Source: Candidatus Saccharimonadota bacterium (lineage in GTDB: Bacteria; Patescibacteriota; Saccharimonadia; Saccharimonadales; UBA4665). From it: a DNA stretch of 32,000 nt. A program made the translations under genes and the position numbers. Positions within the stretch are counted from its first letter, which is position 1, and each line of letters opens with the position of its first letter. Shown in pieces: positions 24,357 through 31,516 of the stretch. The notes beneath the pieces were generated by a model. It did not search any database. It was not told the DNA's origin and saw only the letters and a program-made list of their open reading frames with translations. The stretch covers positions 540,001-572,000 of the forward strand of contig CP025011.1 of NCBI GenBank assembly GCA_002952755.1, given 5' to 3'.

Positions 24357-26042
24357 ATGGATTTCTATTTTCAAGGTCTATTGTCTCAATATCATAAGTC
24401 CAGTGTTATTAAATACCAAATAGCTCGTGTATTGGAAAATCGCGGTGATTTTCTCCCCGCTGGCTTCATACCTGCAGATCAACACTCAAAGCGCCTTAAC
24501 ATCCTCATGTATGACGAGGTTATTGCGGCTGCTATGCAAAGTAAGCAACATGCTGTTCGGCTACTGTATCAAGAGCTCCACGGGGGTATTGGTACTGGTG
24601 TACAGCGTGATACCTATCTGCGGCACAGGCAGCTCGGGCCGGTTACGGCAAAGGGGATGGATTTAGCCTTTGAAGTATTGGCGCGAGGCGAGAGGCACTA
24701 TTTGAGCATTCTAGAAATCAGGTTGCTTAGATTGTTGCAAGAAGCCGATCGTTATAGCGAGATCGCTCTTCAGTACATCATTAATCCCGACAATCAATTG
24801 GCCCTGGATAGAATCCTCGATAAACCTAATTTCGACTTACTGTCTCAAGGGTTACCAGAAAAATCTTACCGCCGCTACCTCGCTGAACACGATCGTCTAA
24901 GCTTAGGAAGTTTTTTATACCAAGACCTCAATCCCACTGTCGAATACACTAGTGGCAATTTGAGTCAGGAACATAAAGCCCCTGGTGGGCATGGTGAACT
25001 AGCGACATCCTCGTTATATCAACTTGCGACGAAACCAGAAAGCCACGCTGTCAAAACTATACGGGTCTATTGTAAGGGTAATTCTGTTAATGAGTCTCCA
25101 GACGAATCAATAGTTCGATGGATGTCGAGTAATTGCATTCCCATTGTTATGACGGCAAGACTGCGCACGCCGACCGATACTTACGGCGGGATCTTCGGCT
25201 TGGAAAGACTCTCTAACGGTGCTGAGGTGCTGCAGCTGTTTGAGCGAGATCAGGCAGAGGAGAGCGGTCAGATAGACATGTTCTTGGACCACTCATACCC
25301 TCAGTACTATGACACTAATACTATTCTCGTAAATGATAGCGTCCTTGCACCTTTCTTAAGCGAGCTGAGGCTCCTTATAGGTGATGAGACTTATCGGCGT
25401 ATAATCACGGCTGAATTGCATCAAAATTGTAAGGAAGTCAACGGAAAGCGATATATCCAGCTCGAAGGTATCTTAGCTAGCCCTTTCTTAAAATTGAATC
25501 GTTTTATTATGGGGAGTTCTAGCCCGCGCATACTTGACCTACGAAACAAATATGGTTTTGATAAATTAATCTATCTTATCAACGTTGATACCCGCTGGCC
25601 TGCGTCGACATCGATAAAGACAGCTTTTAATTTTTGGCTTTTTGCACACACAGACCACTTTTACCTTGATACGAAAAAATGGACCCTTGTAAATAGGCGC
25701 CCAGGGCATGCAGTAATGTTGGGTAGGGAGCTGTTAGGAAGCGTATATTATAACGATCTCCATGACCTTATTGGAGCGCTCAAGGATGTAAGTGTAGTTG
25801 ATCTCGACTATCTTGATATCAAAGGCAAGGTGAAGCTGTCGGGTGCGAAATTTGCAGGGAGCGTTCATATCGCCAACGATTCAGGCAGAGTTTTTGATTT
25901 AAATATGCCATCTTCTAGGAATGCGTTACTCATCGGCGCCGATAGGCGAATACATTTAGAAAATGTATTCGTTTCGATTAATAAAAGCGGCCAGGTAAAG
26001 GTACAGCGATTACCTAAGCCTGAACAGAAGATACGCCTGTGA
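24357..26042 (+). CDS. UDPGP-family (eukaryote-type UTP--sugar-1-phosphate uridylyltransferase-like) nucleotidyltransferase
   Basis: Motifs: ELHGGIGTGVQRD (cf. L-N-G-G-L-G-T), APGGHGELATS (cf. P-x-G-H-G-D), YYDTNTILVND (cf. F-N-T-N-N-L). The C terminus has a beta-helix-like region (VVDLDYLDIKGKVKLSGAKFAGSVHIAND). The ORF opens at GTG 24342. ATG 24357 is chosen as the start, but this is uncertain because the AGGGGG at 24336-24341 fits neither start well. Confidence 0.7.
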   Translation: MDFYFQGLLSQYHKSSVIKYQIARVLENRGDFLPAGFIPADQHSKRLNILMYDEVIAAAMQSKQHAVRLLYQELHGGIGTGVQRDTYLRHRQLGPVTAKGMDLAFEVLARGERHYLSILEIRLLRLLQEADRYSEIALQYIINPDNQLALDRILDKPNFDLLSQGLPEKSYRRYLAEHDRLSLGSFLYQDLNPTVEYTSGNLSQEHKAPGGHGELATSSLYQLATKPESHAVKTIRVYCKGNSVNESPDESIVRWMSSNCIPIVMTARLRTPTDTYGGIFGLERLSNGAEVLQLFERDQAEESGQIDMFLDHSYPQYYDTNTILVNDSVLAPFLSELRLLIGDETYRRIITAELHQNCKEVNGKRYIQLEGILASPFLKLNRFIMGSSSPRILDLRNKYGFDKLIYLINVDTRWPASTSIKTAFNFWLFAHTDHFYLDTKKWTLVNRRPGHAVMLGRELLGSVYYNDLHDLIGALKDVSVVDLDYLDIKGKVKLSGAKFAGSVHIANDSGRVFDLNMPSSRNALLIGADRRIHLENVFVSINKSGQVKVQRLPKPEQKIRL

Positions 26043-26351
26043 TGTATGGCTGAGTCACTATAAATCTTCCTGAGAGACGTGGTGGCTCGAGGCATACACG
26101 CTTTCGAATAAAGCGTAAGCATGATATCCTAGTGCAGTTGCCTACATGATACGCTACAAAAACGGAACATACGGACTGCTAACAGAGTGAAACTTTGTAG
26201 TGACGCAAGGGGTACGATCGGACTGTACTAGTTTTCTGACATTTTGAATACATGCTGCTATCTCATGCAGTATCGAGTGCGATGGCGGGGTTGTTTTAAC
26301 TATAAGTGGGTACGATTTGGGAGTGCCCGGCATTTTTAGAAGGGGGTATAA

Positions 26352-27773
26352 ATGCGTGAAAAATTGTCGATTGGGTCAGCTCACTATGTAGAACAGAAGA
26401 CCAAAGAGATAGCGACTCACATCTCTGACAGATATAAAAATATGCCCTATAAGGACTTGCGAGAAAATGACGGCAAGTACTTATGCCGTAGCCTTGTGCC
26501 TTCATCTGACCTTGTTTTTCTAACAGGTAGGGGCATTGTGCTCAAGACGAACAACGGCACGTTTTATGACTTTGGGTCGATGTCGTTAAATTGCTTGCTG
26601 GGCCAAAACGATCCTTGGGTTAATGCTAACCTTGTTTCCTATATATTGAGTGGCAGTCCTTCATACGCAACTACGAGCGCTGGTACGCCGTTGTATTATG
26701 AGCTAGCAGAAAAACTCTCGAAGCTGAGTGGTATTAAAGACGCCGTAGTAAATCATCGTCAATGTAATGGGTCGGATGTAACAGAACTGGCCATAGTAGC
26801 TGCCTATAAGCACAAGAAAAAAGGACAGCGTTACGTTGTATCGTTTAAAGGCTCGTACCATGGTCAGAATCTTACCTCCTATGCAGTTTCCGATCTGCAG
26901 CGCGAGAATCGTTTTCTGGTTGGTGACGAGACCTCGACTGTGTTCCTGGACACCCCCTCTCATACTCAGGCGGATGATGATCAAACGAAATTGTCGGACA
27001 ATGATAAAGACATACTAAAGAGCCTAGAGAGAGTTGGGAAAGAGGCCTTTGCGGTAATTATAGAGCCAGTTCAAGTCAATAATCGGGTTAATATAGCTTC
27101 CAAAGTATTTCTGGCATCCCTAAAACAACTATGTGAGCAGCTTGAGATCCCGCTCATCTTCGATGATATCCAAACAGGATACGGATGGCTTGGTACGTTC
27201 TCCAGTTCAGAATATTTTGGCGTGACCCCAAATATGATGGCCGTGAGCAAGGCGCTTACCTCGGGCTATGGTCCGCTTGCAGCGCTTATTATGGATCCTA
27301 AGTATGGCGACCTACCGGATAGTACGGTCAGGAAGACTAACGGCGCTGACATGAGGTCTTTGGTCGCTGCTAAGGCTGTGATTGAGCGTTTAAGTGGGAT
27401 TGAGGAAGACTTAATCCCTAGTGACCTCGAAGAATCTTTTAAACAAGAATTAAAAGACGGATTGCTTGCCTCATTGCCAGAGAAAGAGACATCCCTAAAA
27501 TTTCACCTTGTTCATCTCAAGACGAGATATCCCAAAGTGTTTGGCGAGCTGCGAGGAGCTGGTCTTATTTGGAGTATCGATATTGTTGATAAGGAAGGCC
27601 AGCTAGACCTTAAAGCCTGCAAAATGATCCAACAAGGGCTTTTAAAGCGCGGAGTCTTCGTGCGGGACGTGAGAGGCGCCCTCCTATTTAAGCTCCCTAT
27701 TGTCTTTGAAGAAGATGAATTGCAGCAAGGCTTCGACATAATCGACAGTTACCTTCAGACACTGTCTCGTTAA
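26352..27773 (+). CDS. Class-III pyridoxal-phosphate-dependent aminotransferase family protein (transaminase or phospho-lyase)
   Basis: 473 aa. Motifs: FYDFGSMSLNCLLGQNDPWV (cf. DF-x-sg-x-x-x-x-LGH-x-x-P), NGSDVTELAI, SFKGSYHGQN, AVIIEPVQ, FDDIQTGYGWLGTF (cf. DEVQTGFGRTG), and AVSKALTSGYGPLAA with the Schiff-base Lys. SD AAGGGGG lies upstream of ATG 26352. Confidence 0.85.
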   Translation: MREKLSIGSAHYVEQKTKEIATHISDRYKNMPYKDLRENDGKYLCRSLVPSSDLVFLTGRGIVLKTNNGTFYDFGSMSLNCLLGQNDPWVNANLVSYILSGSPSYATTSAGTPLYYELAEKLSKLSGIKDAVVNHRQCNGSDVTELAIVAAYKHKKKGQRYVVSFKGSYHGQNLTSYAVSDLQRENRFLVGDETSTVFLDTPSHTQADDDQTKLSDNDKDILKSLERVGKEAFAVIIEPVQVNNRVNIASKVFLASLKQLCEQLEIPLIFDDIQTGYGWLGTFSSSEYFGVTPNMMAVSKALTSGYGPLAALIMDPKYGDLPDSTVRKTNGADMRSLVAAKAVIERLSGIEEDLIPSDLEESFKQELKDGLLASLPEKETSLKFHLVHLKTRYPKVFGELRGAGLIWSIDIVDKEGQLDLKACKMIQQGLLKRGVFVRDVRGALLFKLPIVFEEDELQQGFDIIDSYLQTLSR

Positions 27774-27808
27774 ACCCGCTAATAAATACCCTAAGAAGGA
27801 GGTGGATC

Positions 27809-29194
27809 ATGGAGGATGTAGATCGTATTGTCAGGAACAGGTTCTTAGGCAGCAAGATTGAGTTGAACGATAGTTATAAAGAGATTGTAGAGTATGTCAA
27901 TCGCAGGACTCCTACGGCGTATGGTGAAGTCAAATTTATTAGTGAGGGGGATGTATGTAATATTACGCTGGATGATCCTCGGTCAAGGGATGCATTGCTC
28001 ACCATCATTTCAGACGTCCAACGTAATAATAACTACAATGTAGCTCTCCAGTGTCAGCTGGAGGATTTCATCCGAGACGGCGAAAGCCTCGTAAGAGTTT
28101 TGTATGGCGGGTCAGCGGGACAGATCCTGCTGCTTAAGCGTGATGCCAGCGGCGAGCTTTTTGTTCGAAAGGTTGCAGCGAGATTCGGGGTTGAAGGCAA
28201 TGGCACCCCTAAGCTCGAAGCCGAAATCAATTTTTTGCTTGAGATTAATCGAGAGCTGGCATGTGACAAATTAAAAGATCTATTCCCCCGAGTGTTCGGT
28301 TATTCTCAAGGGGATAAATTTATTACGCTTGACCAGGAATACGTGGGTAAGGGAAGAAACGTATTGACTCTGCTTGTCCGGAACGGAATAGCACCCGAGG
28401 AACATTTCGAATACATCGATACACTTCTATCCTCCCTAATACCCCATGGCTACGCCTTGAAATCACGCCTTGTCCACAAGGACGAGTCGTTGGAACAGCT
28501 AGAAGATTACTACCTGCGCCGGGCTGAGGGTAGAATACGGTTTCTCCAAAAGTGTGACGATTTCCAACTAGATTTTCCTACGACTAAGCTAACTTCACTA
28601 CCAGAGTTGATAAAAAGAAAAGATTTTCGGATAAATGGGGCTACTTATCGAAATCCCCTAGAGATCATAGCCAGCATTAGGGCCAATGGTTCTTTGGCAC
28701 GGATACTGAGGCCACGAACGGAGAGTTTTTGCGCCCATGGTGACCTAACGTTCTTAAATATAGTGTTTGATGACGAAGCAAGAGCCTACAAACTAATTGA
28801 CAATCGGGGCCACATCGGCAACTGGGACCCTCTATACGACTTTGGTAAACTGAAGTTTACTTTGAGCGGCTTTGGGCAAATTATGCTTGGGGATTTTGCA
28901 CTTAGCGAAGACGCTAGCGGCGCTTTTTGTCTTGATATAACGGGTGGCGGCAAGAAAGCTCTACAAGATCTAAACGATTCTTTCTTTGAGGACATTTCAA
29001 AAAATGAAGCATTTAGGGAGCTTATTAAAGATGAGCCATATTGGCGGGAGAGAATTCTATTTGCAGAAGCGATACATTACTTATCTGATATTCCCCACCG
29101 GCTCCTCTTGGACAAATCACCAAAAAATGCGGTAGGCGTATTCCTTCTAGGGACCAGACATCTCAATATGCTATATGAGGATCTCTATAAATGA
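27809..29194 (+). CDS. APH/choline-kinase-fold small-molecule kinase with about 95-aa N-terminal extension
   Basis: 461 aa. Gly-rich loop YGGSAGQILL, beta3 Lys in FVRKVA, alphaC Glu in EAEINFL, catalytic loop CAHGDLTFLNIVF and Mg-binding LIDNRG. Strong SD AAGGAGGTGGATCATG. Confidence 0.75.
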   Translation: MEDVDRIVRNRFLGSKIELNDSYKEIVEYVNRRTPTAYGEVKFISEGDVCNITLDDPRSRDALLTIISDVQRNNNYNVALQCQLEDFIRDGESLVRVLYGGSAGQILLLKRDASGELFVRKVAARFGVEGNGTPKLEAEINFLLEINRELACDKLKDLFPRVFGYSQGDKFITLDQEYVGKGRNVLTLLVRNGIAPEEHFEYIDTLLSSLIPHGYALKSRLVHKDESLEQLEDYYLRRAEGRIRFLQKCDDFQLDFPTTKLTSLPELIKRKDFRINGATYRNPLEIIASIRANGSLARILRPRTESFCAHGDLTFLNIVFDDEARAYKLIDNRGHIGNWDPLYDFGKLKFTLSGFGQIMLGDFALSEDASGAFCLDITGGGKKALQDLNDSFFEDISKNEAFRELIKDEPYWRERILFAEAIHYLSDIPHRLLLDKSPKNAVGVFLLGTRHLNMLYEDLYK

Positions 29195-29994
29195 GCGACT
29201 ACCAAGAGCAGGAGTTTACACTCGCGGATCTCATAAGAAAAGAGGGGCTAATCTTAGAAGAGGCCCTAGATCCGGGCGGTGTTATTGAAGCAATCCTGCC
29301 TGGAGAAGGAGGGCTAAAGCCTCCACTTATGATTGGTATCGATGGGTCTGTAACAGCCGGTAAGTCGTATATATCCTCTAAAATACATGAATGGTTAGTC
29401 CAGCACGGTCTTGACTGCGTGGTTATTCATGGCGACTGGTATATGAGTCCGCGGAAGGCAAGAGCGCAAGAGGTTGAGAAAGCTATGCAAGCAACATATA
29501 ACATCGCCACATACGATGAGGTAGCTTGTGACTATGAAAAGATTACGGCTGCCCAGACAAACATTTTTGACTTCTTCCAGGCGGGCGATGACTCTTATGA
29601 ATTTAAACTATCTGGAGCCTATAGCAGAGAATCGGGGAATCTTGATGGGACGATTGATATCCCAATAACTAGCCAGTCGGTTGTCATATTCGAAGGGACG
29701 GGCGTTATTAATTCTATCACGAGTTCAAAGTTTGACTTAGCGATACGCGTAGATGTGGGCACCTACGACGAGACTGTTAGGCGTCTATACGAGCGGGAAT
29801 CTCAAAAAGACGTGTCGCTCCGAATTCCAGAGCCTCTCGTTAAGCAACGCTACGACCATATCGATTATCGTTACGACTGCTATCTACGATTGAGAGATAG
29901 TCAGTTCTTTGACATTTTATTAGACACGTCAGATACATCCTTAATAAGGATGTATAGGCGGAAATCGGCAGGGAATGTTTCCGTCGAAGTGTAA
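29191..29994 (+). CDS. P-loop kinase, uridine kinase/phosphoribulokinase (PRK) family-like
   Basis: 267 aa. Walker A is in MIGIDGSVTAGKSYISSKI, with VVIFEGTGVINS as a Walker-B/lid-like strand (cf. Udk). The start overlaps the upstream kinase stop (ATGA), so the two genes are translationally coupled. Confidence 0.7.
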   Translation: MSDYQEQEFTLADLIRKEGLILEEALDPGGVIEAILPGEGGLKPPLMIGIDGSVTAGKSYISSKIHEWLVQHGLDCVVIHGDWYMSPRKARAQEVEKAMQATYNIATYDEVACDYEKITAAQTNIFDFFQAGDDSYEFKLSGAYSRESGNLDGTIDIPITSQSVVIFEGTGVINSITSSKFDLAIRVDVGTYDETVRRLYERESQKDVSLRIPEPLVKQRYDHIDYRYDCYLRLRDSQFFDILLDTSDTSLIRMYRRKSAGNVSVEV

Positions 29995-30105
29995 TTATGT
30001 TATAATAGTATGTATAATCTTGAGACAATGTATCATGAGCCATGAAGCAATAGAAAATGCTGGTGAAGTCGATTATTTCCACCACCTCGACCCAAGAGGG
30101 GTAGA

Positions 30106-30127
30106 CTGCCAATTGACCAATTGGCAG
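30106..30127. promoter_or_regulatory. Perfect 10-bp inverted repeat CTGCCAATTG-AC-CAATTGGCAG just upstream of the methyltransferase gene
   Basis: The arms are exact reverse complements and also contain CCAATTG twice in direct orientation. The repeat ends 10 nt before ATG 30138. No U-tract follows, so it looks more like an operator than an intrinsic terminator. Confidence 0.4.
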
Positions 30128-30137
30128 TAACTAGCTT

Positions 30138-30896
30138 ATGAGCGCGTTCGAAGAGGCATTTGGCACAGAGCCCCCTTATATCCCAGAGCTAACTCGCCTC
30201 AGCGCGGGACCCAACTATACTACGTACTGTCATAAAGACCGGACGCTCGCCGTCCATGAAACTCTCCTCGGTTTTTCTGCAGCCGAACTACCTGCCGGGG
30301 CACGGCTTTTGGTTATCGGACCTGGTGCGACGCGGCGGTTTGAGCGGCAACTTAATGAGGCGCGTCCAGACATATATGCAGTTAGCGTAGACCCGCTTCT
30401 GCGATATGGAATACGAGAGCGGCATCTTGAATCAATTCGTTGGGGTGGCCGTCGTAAAGGAAGCAGCTTTATCTATAAGAAAGATGAATATCCAACCGAG
30501 ATTATGAACGGCCATCCCTACTTTCGACAAGCGGCTGTTTGCGGTGGCTTTGTAGCGCTGCAGCACGATGGAGCGGGCGGACAGTCCGAGACGCAGTATA
30601 ATTATCTTCCTTTTCGGGACGATACCTTTGATGCGATTCTAGGGTTGCATTCGGTCCCGCAATATGTCCCAACGGAACATATACCGGCACTTATGGCGGA
30701 CATTATACGCGTTGCTAAGCCCGCTGGCCATGTGGCATTGTTTCCTGTTCTCAACGAAGATATTCCCGCTGTTACCGAAATAATTAAAAAATCCCCGGAC
30801 ATAGGCGAACCATTGCTCGATGATCCCGCACACTCCTATTTCGATAGTATCTGGCCGGACGAGGGTAAGCGATTCAGTTTTACCAAGGTGGCGTAG
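30138..30896 (+). CDS. Class I SAM-dependent methyltransferase
   Basis: 252 aa. Motif I-like ARLLVIGPGATRRF, an acidic post-I residue in AVSVDP, motif IV-like FDAILGLHSVPQYV, and IIRVAKPAGHVALFP. A spot GC count (35/60) resembles the flanks rather than the upstream cassette. Confidence 0.7.
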   Translation: MSAFEEAFGTEPPYIPELTRLSAGPNYTTYCHKDRTLAVHETLLGFSAAELPAGARLLVIGPGATRRFERQLNEARPDIYAVSVDPLLRYGIRERHLESIRWGGRRKGSSFIYKKDEYPTEIMNGHPYFRQAAVCGGFVALQHDGAGGQSETQYNYLPFRDDTFDAILGLHSVPQYVPTEHIPALMADIIRVAKPAGHVALFPVLNEDIPAVTEIIKKSPDIGEPLLDDPAHSYFDSIWPDEGKRFSFTKVA

Positions 30897-31055
30897 TCTT
30901 GGCAATTAAATAATTGGAACGCTGGCTAACGAAAAACCTAGAGGGCGCCAATGAGTATGGGGCCAGGGTTGCAAGAAAATCTCGGGTGAGGCTATTAAAA
31001 CCGGAAGACTTTCTAAGTATCTCTGTCCAACTCCTATGGCTCGAATGCCGCGGCT

Positions 31056-31475
31056 TTATGCGCTAAGTTGGCGCATCATACTGCCACTGTCCCAATATTC
31101 GCGGGAACGAATGATCTTGCCATTCTGAATATTAGCCAAAAAACAAATCTGTAAAGTGATTTCTTTCGTAACACCTGCCGGTATCTTGATGTTATGCGCG
31201 TCCATGGGGCCTTGCACTTGAGAAACGACAGTGTATTCTGCACAAACCCAATCGTTATCGGCAAAAATATGAGTGAGCGTTTTGCGGCCGTGCGATTTAA
31301 CTGCCATTTTTGCTGCTTCACGCAGTTCATCGATGCCGTCGTAGATTTTCCCGGTCGGTACAATAGTCATCTCGGCGTGGTCGTCCCAAAAAGCTAATTC
31401 ACCTTCGACATCATCACGATTGTGCGCTTCTAGCCAATCTTCTATGACCTGGATGTTTGCTGCCGTGTTACTCAC
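31056..31475 (-). CDS. SnoaL/NTF2-like (ketosteroid isomerase fold) protein
   Basis: 139 aa. NIQVIEDWLEAHNRDDVEGELAFWDDHAEM...DWVCAEYTV...NGKIIRSREYWD is typical of SnoaL-like polyketide cyclase/NTF2 family proteins. Confidence 0.7.
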   Translation of the reverse strand: MSNTAANIQVIEDWLEAHNRDDVEGELAFWDDHAEMTIVPTGKIYDGIDELREAAKMAVKSHGRKTLTHIFADNDWVCAEYTVVSQVQGPMDAHNIKIPAGVTKEITLQICFLANIQNGKIIRSREYWDSGSMMRQLSA

Positions 31476-31516
31476 TTTTTCTCCTTTATTTTATGCGGGT
31501 AGCTACCTAAGCGCCT

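Noticed and set aside
26043-26351. Calling this gap a riboswitch or sRNA gene.
   Set aside because: I recognise no known riboswitch core motif by eye. The repeated 9-mer could recur by chance in about 300 nt (rough expectation of order 0.1-0.2). Without covariation data this stays only a low-interest finding.
30035-30130. The 31-codon ORF (MSHEAIENAGEVDYFHHLDPRGVDCQLTNWQ) as a RiPP precursor or leader peptide for the cassette.
   Set aside because: It has no SD and no adjacent peptide-modifying enzymes (YcaO, LanM, radical SAM, protease/transporter). A single Cys and no repeat or leader-core pattern add nothing. It is reported only as part of the junction description.
23320-30137. Treating the lower-GC block as a mobile element or genomic island with defined ends.
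   Set aside because: There is no integrase, transposase or recombinase, and no tRNA. The only shared edge sequence I found is a 7-mer (TAATCTT), which is not significant.
30138-30896. Including the SAM methyltransferase as a sixth member of the cassette.
   Set aside because: It is separated by a 143-nt AT-rich spacer with its own promoter-like boxes and operator-like palindrome. Its spot GC (35/60) matches the flanks rather than the cassette. Functional linkage is possible but unsupported.
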